Origin: Coriobacteriia bacterium
GTDB lineage: Bacteria; Actinomycetota; Coriobacteriia; Anaerosomatales; JAAXUF01
Assembly (NCBI GenBank): GCA_037140395.1
Contig: JBAXEO010000002.1
Location: 1 to 40,308 of the forward strand
Direction: 5' to 3'
Length of the DNA: 40,308 bases
Shown: positions 19,652 through 28,187 of the stretch, one piece after another
Layout of the letters: the number at the start of each line of letters is the position of its first letter
Numbering within the stretch: the first letter of the stretch is position 1
The notes under the pieces: model-generated
What the model saw: only the letters and a program-made list of their open reading frames with translations
Databases searched by the model: none
What the model was told of the DNA's origin: nothing
Program-made: the position numbers and the translations under genes

Positions 19652-22386
19652 CCAGTCACCTTCGCTTCCTGTGCCGACACGCGCGACCGGGCGATCATCT
19701 TGCCGATCTCCCACAACACAAAGAGAAGGATCGCCGGTGCCGTGGCGAGCGCCCACTGCGTCATCGACAAGTGCGTAGTGCCGAGCATCTTGCGGAGCAA
19801 TCCCGACTCGGTCACGAGAATCGCCAGTACGATCTCGGCAAGTACCGTCCAGTTCAGCGTGGAGTTGTCGAAGGTGGCGACCGTGAGGATCGACAGGTTC
19901 TGGCTCCGGCTTTCGTAGGAGCCGACCACTCGGAACATCGCGAACGCTGTCACTGCAAGCGTCGAGCCGATGGCCAGACTCCCCAAGGCTGCTTGACCGT
20001 AGACGATGAGGAGCAGGAACGACGCAGTCATGAGCACGCCGACAAGGCCGACGGTCAGTACGACCGAACCCGTGAGGATCTTCTCGTCTCGCGGACGTGG
20101 CTTGAGCAGCATGAGCCCCGGGGTCTCCTTGTCGAATCCAAGCGCCATGCCCAGCGGGGAGTCGATGAGGAAGTTCATCCACAGGATCTGCGTGGGGCTG
20201 AACGGCTGGCCTGCGGCGATGTTGAAGATCGTCGCGGCGAGAAACGTCAGAACAAAGGCGGCTAGCGTGATCAGGACGAATCGAATGTACTTGTCCAGGT
20301 TGTCGTAGAGCTTGCGGCCCTGCTCGATGGCGAAGACGATCGTGGCGAAGTTGTCGTCGGACAGGATCATGTTCCCGGCGTTCTTGGCGACCTCAGTGCC
20401 GGTTCCCATCGCGATGCCGATATCGGCGGCTTTGATCGCCGGAGCGTCGTTGACTCCGTCGCCAGTCATCGCGACGACCTCGCCCTTCTTCTTGAGCGTC
20501 GTGGCGATGAGCACCTTGTGCTCGGGCGCCACGCGTCCCACCACACCGATGTCGTCGATGCGCGCAAGCTGCTCGTCCTCGCTCAAGGCAGCGAAGTCGG
20601 CACCCAGGATCGCCTCGCCCGGGATGCCGAGCTGCTTGGCGATCGCCGCGCCCGTCACGACGTCGTCACCGGTGATCATGCGCACGCGGATGTGCGCCTT
20701 CTGGGCCTCAGCGACCGCGTCTTTGGACTCGAGGCGCGGCGGATCGACCATGCCAACGATGCTCGTGACCGAAAGCTCGCTCATGTAGCCGAGAAGGTCG
20801 CCATCAGCCTTGAACTCGGCTGGGGCGATGTCGCGAAACGCGGCGGCCATGATGCGCAAGCCTTCGCCACCCATGCGATCGATGTTGGTATTCACCCGCT
20901 TCTTGATGTCATCATCAAGAGGAATGCTCGTGCCTCCCGAGAGTGCGGAAGTGGAGCGCCCGAACACCGCGGGGGAGGCCCCCTTCACGTACGCACGGAC
21001 CACCTTCTTGCCGCTCTCATCGGTGACGTCGCAAAACGTCGCCATCAGCTTGTAGGTCGGATCGAACGGCAGCGTGGCCAGTCGCGGCGACTTCGCCTGC
21101 GAAGCCGCAACGTCGAGCCCCGCCTTGTGACCCAAGACGAGCAGCGCGCCTTCAGTCGGGTCACCCACGACTTTTCCGTCTTGCAGCTTGGCATCGCTGG
21201 CCATGAGGAACGGCAGAATCGCGTCGTCGATCGAGGCGGATGTCCCTGCCGTGTGCTGTATCTGACCCTCCAAGCTGTAGCCCGTGCCACTTACCGTGTA
21301 GCGATCCGTGGGGTCGAGCACCTCGACCACGGTCATCTGGTTCATGGTCAGCGTGCCGGTCTTGTCGGAGTTGATCGCCGAGGTCGAGCCGAGCGTCTCG
21401 ACGGATGAGAGCTCCTTGACAATCGCGTTCTTCTTGGCAAGGTCCATGGCGCCGTTGGACAGGATCACGTCGACGACGGTGGGAAGCGCTTCGGGGATCG
21501 CTGCGATCGCGAGGGCGACCGCGGTGATGAAGAGGGTCTGCCAGGCTTGGCCGCGCATCGCGCCGAGCGCGAACATCACGACCATCGTCAGACCGGCCAT
21601 CGCGCCGATCCAGAGCGTCATCTGGTTCAGCTGCTTGGTGAGCGGCGTGTCTTCGGCCTTGGTCGCCGCGAGCATCCCTGAGATCTTGCCGACTTGGGTG
21701 TCGGCCCCGACACCCGTCACGATGATGGTCCCGCTGCCGTGCGTCACCGGCGTGTTCATGAAGGCCATGTCGGTCTGGTCGCCCGGGTTGGTCGCATCAC
21801 CGGTCGGTGCCGACGAGCCCTTGGACGCCGGCACGCTCTCGCCGGTGAGCGCCGACTCGTCGATCTGGAGCGAGCTGGCCGCTACGATGCGGCCGTCTGC
21901 AGGCACCTGGTCGCCCGCCGCCAGGAGTACGACATCGCCGGTCACGAGCTGCTCGGCGGGTATCTTGGAGTCGGTTCCGTCTCTGAGCACGCGCGCCGAG
22001 GTCTTCATCATCGACTTGAGCGCGTTCATCGCGCTGTCGGCCTTGCCCTTCTGGCGCAGCCCGACGACCGCGTTGACCACTGTCAGCAGCAGCAGAACGA
22101 TGCCGGTGTTGTACTGCTTGATGACAATCGAGATCACTCCGGCGATGACCAAGATGATCTGCATGTAGCTCGAGTACTCGGCGAGAAACCGCATCCAGCC
22201 CGGCGTGGGCTTCTCGGCGGGAAGGGCGTTGGGGCCGTTCTTTGACAGCCGACTTGCCGCCTCTGTCGCGGAGAGACCGGTCGACTGATCGACGCCGAGT
22301 TTCTGCGCCACATCGTCGGCTGACATTGCATACCACTTGGCCGTATCCGTGCCCGTCACACTCGGCGCGTCTGCCTTCTTGCTCAA
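19648..22386 (-). CDS. Cation-transporting P-type ATPase (P2 type, Ca2+/Mg2+-like)
   Basis: N-terminal cation-ATPase domain, LTGESVP, IPEALPTVV (TM4), DKTGTLT, MITGDD, TGDGVNDAPAIKAADIGIAMG, ten TM helices. Ion specificity cannot be determined from sequence alone. Confidence 0.9.
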   Translation of the reverse strand: MSKKADAPSVTGTDTAKWYAMSADDVAQKLGVDQSTGLSATEAASRLSKNGPNALPAEKPTPGWMRFLAEYSSYMQIILVIAGVISIVIKQYNTGIVLLLLTVVNAVVGLRQKGKADSAMNALKSMMKTSARVLRDGTDSKIPAEQLVTGDVVLLAAGDQVPADGRIVAASSLQIDESALTGESVPASKGSSAPTGDATNPGDQTDMAFMNTPVTHGSGTIIVTGVGADTQVGKISGMLAATKAEDTPLTKQLNQMTLWIGAMAGLTMVVMFALGAMRGQAWQTLFITAVALAIAAIPEALPTVVDVILSNGAMDLAKKNAIVKELSSVETLGSTSAINSDKTGTLTMNQMTVVEVLDPTDRYTVSGTGYSLEGQIQHTAGTSASIDDAILPFLMASDAKLQDGKVVGDPTEGALLVLGHKAGLDVAASQAKSPRLATLPFDPTYKLMATFCDVTDESGKKVVRAYVKGASPAVFGRSTSALSGGTSIPLDDDIKKRVNTNIDRMGGEGLRIMAAAFRDIAPAEFKADGDLLGYMSELSVTSIVGMVDPPRLESKDAVAEAQKAHIRVRMITGDDVVTGAAIAKQLGIPGEAILGADFAALSEDEQLARIDDIGVVGRVAPEHKVLIATTLKKKGEVVAMTGDGVNDAPAIKAADIGIAMGTGTEVAKNAGNMILSDDNFATIVFAIEQGRKLYDNLDKYIRFVLITLAAFVLTFLAATIFNIAAGQPFSPTQILWMNFLIDSPLGMALGFDKETPGLMLLKPRPRDEKILTGSVVLTVGLVGVLMTASFLLLIVYGQAALGSLAIGSTLAVTAFAMFRVVGSYESRSQNLSILTVATFDNSTLNWTVLAEIVLAILVTESGLLRKMLGTTHLSMTQWALATAPAILLFVLWEIGKMIARSRVSAQEAKVTG

Positions 22387-22456
22387 GGTGGGCTCCGTTC
22401 TTGTAAGCGTCTGGGAATGGTATGCGCTGCCTGGCGCGGGGCTTTAGGGACGCGGT

Positions 22457-23539
22457 CTACTTTGACTTGTTCTTCTTTTTGGCCTTCTTCTTCGAGTCAC
22501 GTTTGGTGTTGTGATCCGGAGCTGCCGCAGCATCTGCGGGCGGGGCATCCGCGGGCCGAGCGTCTGCGGGTGCAGTCTTTTCGGCGGCTTTGCGAGCGGC
22601 CTTTGCCTCGAGCTCCGCTTCGACGGGATCGGGTGCAGCGCCGGCGGGCGCCTCGGCCTCGAGCACGGTCTTGGTTGCATCGAGTGCAGCGAGCTCTTCG
22701 GCACCGATGACCGGGTACTGAGGATTGATGGTGGCCAGTGTGTCGACCAGGACCGCAGCGGCGGCGATGCGCGCGAACCACTTGTGATCGGCCGGGATGA
22801 CGTACCAGGGCGCCCATTCGGTGCTGGTGTTGGAGAGCATCTCTGAGAACGCCTTTTGGTAGTCGTCCCAGAATTCGCGCTCCTTGGCATCGCCAGACGA
22901 GAACTTCCAGTTCTTCTCGGCGAGGTCGATGCGGGCGAGGAATCGTTTGCGCTGCTCCTCCTTGGAGAGGTTCAGGAAAATCTTCACTACCTTGTAGCCG
23001 TTGTCGGTGAGGTGCCGTTCCCACTCGTTGATCTCGCGGTATCGGCGCTTCCACACGTCTCGGCCCGACTTGGGTAGCCGCTGGTGCTCGAGCACTTCCG
23101 GATGCACTCGGACCACAAGCACTTCCTCGTAGTGGGAGCGGTTGAAGATGCCGATGTTGCCTCGAGCCGGCAGCTTCTGCTGGTAGCGCCAGAGGTAGTC
23201 GTGGGCGAGCTCATCGGCGGTAGGCACCTTGAAGCCGTGGACCTCGACGCCCTGCGGATTGACGCCACTCATGACGTGGCGGATGGTGCCGTCTTTGCCT
23301 GCGGCGTCGAGCGCCTGCAGACACATCAGTACGCCCACCGTGCCTTGCGCCGCCAGCCTGCTCTGGTAGTCGGCGAGTAGTTCGATCCCGCGCTGGAGGA
23401 GCTCTTCGCCGTCTTCCTTGGCGAGGAAGCCGGCCTTGTAGCCGGGATCGAAGTCTCGGGCCAGTCTGACCTGCCTACCAGGCTCTACTCGGAAGGGCTC
23501 GATAAGCTCCCTGACGCGCTTCATGTTTATTGCCGCCAT
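22457..23539 (-). CDS. ppk2: Polyphosphate kinase 2 family protein with Ala/Pro/Lys-rich C-terminal tail
   Basis: LQALDAAGKDGTIRHVMSGVNPQG, FNRSHYEEVLVVRVH, EREFWDDYQKAFSEML, APWYVIPADHKWFAR. These are the PPK2 core motifs. SD GAGGAGAG upstream of ATG 23539. Confidence 0.88.
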   Translation of the reverse strand: MAAINMKRVRELIEPFRVEPGRQVRLARDFDPGYKAGFLAKEDGEELLQRGIELLADYQSRLAAQGTVGVLMCLQALDAAGKDGTIRHVMSGVNPQGVEVHGFKVPTADELAHDYLWRYQQKLPARGNIGIFNRSHYEEVLVVRVHPEVLEHQRLPKSGRDVWKRRYREINEWERHLTDNGYKVVKIFLNLSKEEQRKRFLARIDLAEKNWKFSSGDAKEREFWDDYQKAFSEMLSNTSTEWAPWYVIPADHKWFARIAAAAVLVDTLATINPQYPVIGAEELAALDATKTVLEAEAPAGAAPDPVEAELEAKAARKAAEKTAPADARPADAPPADAAAAPDHNTKRDSKKKAKKKNKSK

Positions 23540-23568
23540 ATCCCACTCTCTCCTCTACGATCGATCGG

Positions 23569-25110
23569 TTACACGCCCATCTCGGCTTGAATGCGGCCGC
23601 TCTTGAATGCGGCCTGCATAGCCTCGAAGTCGCGCTCATTCTGGTCGGCATAGGCGACCGCGAAGTCAGCGATCGCGTTGTCGAAGACGTCGTTCGTTCC
23701 CAGGTAGGCGGCCAGCGCTATGCGGTCGCCGGTCCGTGCGTGCCCACGGGCGAGTGTCCAGCCGCACATGCCGGCGTAGGGGATGAAGGTCGGGGGAGGC
23801 ATTGTGCTCACGTCGATCGAGGCCTTGCCATCCCAGAGCTGCCGCACGTAGAAGTCGTGCACCTTGCCATCGAAGGCGTGCACCTTGTACCAGCCCAAGA
23901 GGCTGTCACTTGCGGCCTGCGTCAGCCGCTGGCCCTCGACGACACGGCGCCCATGGTTGCGGTAGCGGCTTCTGCCGACGAAGCGCTCCAGCACCGAAGC
24001 CTCGGCCTGCTTGAGCTGCAGGAAGAGAGGGTCGGTGTTGTCTCGGCCGGTGGCCAAGACAACCCACGAGCGCAGGCCGACGCTGCCTACGCCGACCACC
24101 TTTCGGGCGATCTCGCGGAACTCGTACTCCTCGAGAAGGTGCCGGCGGTCATCAGACAGGCTCATGGCGTAGTTGCGCAGGAACTCGTGGATGGTCTTGT
24201 TGAAGGTCTCGAGCGACTCGCCCGCGAGCAGCTCAGATGCAGGCTCGAGGAGCGGCGGCTGGCTTACGAACCGGGGCTCGCCATCAACCATGACCGTGAG
24301 CTTCGCGAGTGCCCGCAGGTTGTTCTTGGCCTCTGCCTTGGCGAACAGCTTGGCTGTCCGCTTCACGGTGCGCTTCTCGGCGTCTGACTTCAGGCGTTCC
24401 AGAATGATTCTCGTGTCCAGGCGCTCGTACCACACATCGAGGTTTCCGAGCGTTGCAAATTGGGTCATGCTCTCCCGGTACGCGCTTGCCACCGTGAGCA
24501 GGACATCACGCCGGTCCGCCGGCTCCATGCCCCGGTCTCTCATGGCGACCTCGAAGGACGCCGCCAGCCGTTTCACGTCCCACTCCCACGGACCGGGCAG
24601 CGTCTCGTCAAAGTCGTTCATGTCGAACACCTGGCCGCGCTCTGGAGACGAGTAGATGCCAAAGTTGACCAAGTGCGCGTCGCCGCACGCCTGCACACTG
24701 AGGCCGGTGCGCGGTGTCGTTGCGAGGTCGGAAGCCATGATGTAGGCACCGCCGCGGAAGAATGCGAATGGCGATGCCAGCATGCGCCCATACCGGATGG
24801 GGACGAGTTCCGGCCAGCGGGTCTTCGCCTGCTCTTCGAGGAGCGACACCGGGTCGGGTCGGTTGGGCCACGTCTCCCATTGAGCCTGGCATCGGCGCGG
24901 AGTCTCCTGTCGGCTCGCCTTACCGCGGCTGATACGTTCTTCAGGAGTGGCGTGCGGCAGCAGCGCCTCGTACTGGAGAGGCGGCGGAGCTTGGGGCGCC
25001 GGAGCCACGTTTGCCGCCCTGGCGCGCGGTGCTGGTTTCGCGGCTACCGCGGTTTTGGCCTCGGTCGTCTGAGTGGTGGGCTTCGCCGGGGGCTTTCTTG
25101 GCGTGGTCAT
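23569..25110 (-). CDS. DUF2252 domain-containing protein
   Basis: VPIRYGRMLASPFAFFRGGA, ACGDAHLVNFG, FDMNDFDET, WDVKRLAASF are typical DUF2252 blocks. Start moved from 25482 to ATG 25110 (MTTPRKPPAKP) behind GAGGAG. A 29-nt gap separates it from ppk2. Confidence 0.8.
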   Translation of the reverse strand: MTTPRKPPAKPTTQTTEAKTAVAAKPAPRARAANVAPAPQAPPPLQYEALLPHATPEERISRGKASRQETPRRCQAQWETWPNRPDPVSLLEEQAKTRWPELVPIRYGRMLASPFAFFRGGAYIMASDLATTPRTGLSVQACGDAHLVNFGIYSSPERGQVFDMNDFDETLPGPWEWDVKRLAASFEVAMRDRGMEPADRRDVLLTVASAYRESMTQFATLGNLDVWYERLDTRIILERLKSDAEKRTVKRTAKLFAKAEAKNNLRALAKLTVMVDGEPRFVSQPPLLEPASELLAGESLETFNKTIHEFLRNYAMSLSDDRRHLLEEYEFREIARKVVGVGSVGLRSWVVLATGRDNTDPLFLQLKQAEASVLERFVGRSRYRNHGRRVVEGQRLTQAASDSLLGWYKVHAFDGKVHDFYVRQLWDGKASIDVSTMPPPTFIPYAGMCGWTLARGHARTGDRIALAAYLGTNDVFDNAIADFAVAYADQNERDFEAMQAAFKSGRIQAEMGV

Positions 25111-25338
25111 GGAAGGACTCCTCTGCTGACTACCAGGACGGTCGCGGACCGAGACCATACTAGTCCTTGACTCTTTACTCCTTCCCAACAAGAGGTTTCT
25201 TGCATCAGCGATTCGGGCGGCACAGGGTTCCGTCGAACGGTAGGATGGGATGGGAACACTCCTCGTAGGACCCAATGCGCAGATGCCGGACGGTTGCCGG
25301 CCGTGGGCGCTGTGCTTGCGATATCGAAAGAGAGCCAC

Positions 25339-26061
25339 ATGGACCAGCGATTCGCCGTCGACGGGGTCGACGCGCATTCTCACCTGAGGCAGGCCGCTCC
25401 CGCCATTCTGCTTGCCAAGGCCGAGCCGCTCTTCGAGCTCGAGTCGGCGGCAAGCGGCGGCGCCGACATGGACGCCGTCCACGACATGCGCGTCGCATCG
25501 CGGCGGCTACGCGAATCGATGCGGCTTCTGGCGCCTCTCTACCCGCCCGCGGCCTTCGCGCAGTGGTACAAGCGCGTGCGTGGCGTGACTCGCGCGCTCG
25601 GACCCGTGCGCGACTCCGACGTCTTCATCGACGCGTTCTCCAAGCTCAACCGATCGCTTGACGCAGGCGGGCGTCACGCCGTCGCATTCCTGGTGGGCTA
25701 CCGGATGGGGCAGCGGGAGCGCCAGCTTGAGCTCTTGCAGCGTGCGCTCGGCAACCTCGACCTCGTCCAGAGCCGCCGGTCGTTCGCGCGGCTGGTCCGG
25801 GCCCCCAAGCGCGGGCCTGAGTCGCAGCGGCCCCTCTCGGCGTTTGCGCATGCGGCGGTCGCCGAGCGCATCTCGGCGGTGTACGGGCTGATGCCGGTCG
25901 CACTCGACGAGGCCGACATCGAGGCGCAACACGCGCTACGCATCACCTTCAAGCGGCTGCGCTATGCCGTCGAGGTGTTCGCGCCCTGCTATGGCGACGA
26001 CTTCGCTGCGCTCCACGAGACGCTGACCGCCTTTCAAGACGAGCTAGGCCGACCTGCATGA
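25339..26061 (+). CDS. CHAD domain-containing protein, 5' part (reading frame interrupted near 26048)
   Basis: HDMRVASRRLRESMRLL, LGPVRDSDV, HALRITFKRLRYAVEVF are CHAD helix motifs. ATG 25339 follows GAAAGAGAG. It ends ..LTAFQDELGRPA-stop in the middle of a conserved CHAD block. Confidence 0.8.
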   Translation: MDQRFAVDGVDAHSHLRQAAPAILLAKAEPLFELESAASGGADMDAVHDMRVASRRLRESMRLLAPLYPPAAFAQWYKRVRGVTRALGPVRDSDVFIDAFSKLNRSLDAGGRHAVAFLVGYRMGQRERQLELLQRALGNLDLVQSRRSFARLVRAPKRGPESQRPLSAFAHAAVAERISAVYGLMPVALDEADIEAQHALRITFKRLRYAVEVFAPCYGDDFAALHETLTAFQDELGRPA

Positions 26062-26575
26062 CCTGCACGTCTTCCTGGACATGGTGCGTGAGCCGGAGCG
26101 CCGTGCTGCGGCCCTGGCAGCCGGCGTGAGCGCCGAGGATCTCGTCGCCGTCGAGACGCTACTCGAAAAGAAGGCCCACCGCGAGTTCACGCAGTTCTCC
26201 AAGCTCGCACGGGAGCACCCCGCGGGCGAACTCCTCCCAGCGCTCCTGCTCCCGCTGTCGCGCGTGGCCGAGCCGCAGCCTGCAGCTTCACCGGCCGTCT
26301 TCGAGGGCCAGCCTCATGCCGCTGCAGAGGGCGACTCCGCTGCCGGCTCCGAGCCGCAGGCCCTCGTGGTGGCCGGCGAAATCGAGCCGCCGCCCTTGGA
26401 GATCCCCATTGCCGACTTTGGTGGCTTTGCCATCGAGCCGCCAATCGTTGTCGGCGCTGAGCCATGGGCGTTGCGACCGCGAGTAGAGCCATCGGAGCCC
26501 GTCGCCGAGCCCGAGCCCGAGCCCCCTGCCCTCGCACCGGTTACCTCCGGCCCTGCCGAGGAACCTGCCGGATGA
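26051..26575 (+). CDS. CHAD domain protein, 3' part in the +1 frame (continuation of the previous ORF), with Pro/Glu-rich tail
   Basis: Reading from 26051 gives DLHDLHVFLDMVREPERRAAAL.., which completes the expected CHAD block LQDxLGxxHDxxV. The track ORF begins at internal Met 26081. ATGA overlap with ppx at 26572-26575. Confidence 0.65.
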   Translation, partial: DLHDLHVFLDMVREPERRAAALAAGVSAEDLVAVETLLEKKAHREFTQFSKLAREHPAGELLPALLLPLSRVAEPQPAASPAVFEGQPHAAAEGDSAAGSEPQALVVAGEIEPPPLEIPIADFGGFAIEPPIVVGAEPWALRPRVEPSEPVAEPEPEPPALAPVTSGPAEEPAG

Positions 26576-28101
26576 GCCGACTGCAGGCCATCGACATCGG
26601 CACCAACTCCGTGCGCTCGATCATCGTCGAAGTGCCGGTGGGCGGTGCCCGCCACGTGATCGACGATGAGAAGGCGATGACGCGCCTGGGCCAGGGTCTC
26701 GACGCGACCGGCATGCTTGATCCCGAGGCGGTCGACCGCACCATCGAAGCGCTCACTGCGATGCGCGACATCGGCGTCAGTCTCGGCGTCTCGGAGGTGC
26801 GAGCCATCGCCACCGAGGCGGTTCGCCGCGCGAGCAACGGCGAGGAATTCGTCGCCCGCATGAGAGAAGAGGCGGGCATCGAGGTCGAGGTCATCTCGGC
26901 CGAGGAGGAAGGTCGCCTGGTGTGGCTCAGCGCCGCACTTCAGGTGGGTTATGCGCCCTTCTCGGCGGCGATTGACATCGGCGGTGGGTCGGTCGAGATC
27001 GTGCAGGCGATCGACGCAGATCCGGTTGAGATCGCGTCGCTTCGACTGGGCGCTCGGGTGTTGGCGGAACGCTTTGTCGCCGAAGATCCCATCTCGGAGG
27101 AGGCGTTCAAACTGCTCAAGCGCCACGTCCGGCTAGCCCTGCGTGATGGCGTGGAACTGCTGACACCCGGCGCAAGCCCGCTGGTCGGCTCCGGCGGCGC
27201 TGTCACGACGACGGCCGCGGTTGTTGCTGGCATGCGCGGCCGACGGTACGAATCGCTACACGGGCTGGAGATCGAGCGCGCCGAGGTCATGCAGCTGCTC
27301 GATATCCTGAGCCACAGCACAGCCGCCGAGCGGCTCAAGCTTCCAGGCATGCCACCCGAGCGCATCGACGTGGCGCTTCCCGGTACCCTGGTACTGGCCG
27401 AGATCATGAAGCTCTTTGGCGCGTCGCGCGTGCTGGTCAACGCGCGTGGAATCCGCGAGGGCATCATCATCGATACGCTGTCAAGCGAGGGTGCCATAGC
27501 GAGTAAGGTCGATCACCTGCAGGCGGTCCGCGAACTTGGCGCACGTCACCACTACGACCGCAAGCATGCCGAGCAGGTCACGTGGCTCGCGCTTTCGCTC
27601 TTTGACGAGCTCGCAGATCTTCTCGGCATCGATCCTGATGGGCGTCCGCTGCTTCAGACTGCCGCGATGCTGCACGACGTAGGCGACTCCGTTGCCTACG
27701 ATGGGCACCACAAGCACAGCTACACGCTGATTGTTCACGCGAGCCTGCCGGTGTTTACTCGGCGTGAGATGGCGATGACCGCTTCGATCGCCCGCTACCA
27801 CACCAAGTCGCAACCCAAAGCCGGTCACGAGTCGTGGTCGTCGCTCGACCCTCCGGATCGGCTCAAGGTGCGCGAACTCGCAGCGCTCCTGAGAATCGCC
27901 GACGCTCTCGACCGTAGCCGGGGGGCCCGCATCCAACGTATCGAGGTTGCCGACGATGGCGCCGTCACGCGGCTCACCGTGTTCAGCGCTCATGACCTGC
28001 ACGCCGAACTGTACGGAGTGGAAACGAAGAAGGACCTGTACGAAGAAACTTTCGGTCGAACGCTGGTCGTCGAGACCGAGTATTCCGAGGAGACAAGATG
28101 A
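26572..28101 (+). CDS. ppx: Exopolyphosphatase (Ppx/GppA family) with C-terminal HD domain
   Basis: MSRLQAIDIGTNSVRSIIVEV, EVEVISAEEEGRLVW, IDIGGGSVEI, then the HD region HAEQVTWLALSLFDEL..AAMLHDVGDSVAYDGHHKHSY. Start moved to ATG 26572. Confidence 0.9.
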   Translation: MSRLQAIDIGTNSVRSIIVEVPVGGARHVIDDEKAMTRLGQGLDATGMLDPEAVDRTIEALTAMRDIGVSLGVSEVRAIATEAVRRASNGEEFVARMREEAGIEVEVISAEEEGRLVWLSAALQVGYAPFSAAIDIGGGSVEIVQAIDADPVEIASLRLGARVLAERFVAEDPISEEAFKLLKRHVRLALRDGVELLTPGASPLVGSGGAVTTTAAVVAGMRGRRYESLHGLEIERAEVMQLLDILSHSTAAERLKLPGMPPERIDVALPGTLVLAEIMKLFGASRVLVNARGIREGIIIDTLSSEGAIASKVDHLQAVRELGARHHYDRKHAEQVTWLALSLFDELADLLGIDPDGRPLLQTAAMLHDVGDSVAYDGHHKHSYTLIVHASLPVFTRREMAMTASIARYHTKSQPKAGHESWSSLDPPDRLKVRELAALLRIADALDRSRGARIQRIEVADDGAVTRLTVFSAHDLHAELYGVETKKDLYEETFGRTLVVETEYSEETR

Positions 28102-28187
28102 GTTGGTGGCCCTTCGGCGGGCGTAAAGCCATGCCAGTTCCCGCATCGATTTCGGCAGAAGTGCCAACGCCCGTCAAGGAGGTCGTC

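Noticed and set aside
20518-22168. Two long plus-strand ORFs (20518-21408 and 21308-22168)
   Set aside because: Both are antisense to the P-type ATPase, whose motifs (DKTGTLT, TGDGVNDAPA) are unambiguous. These are shadow ORFs.
23530-24387. 285-aa plus-strand ORF
   Set aside because: It is antisense to the DUF2252 gene, with no motif and shadow composition.
25111-25338. Search for Pho-box-like direct repeats in the divergent polyP promoter region
   Set aside because: I could not identify convincing repeated hexamers or a consensus by eye, so no site is claimed.
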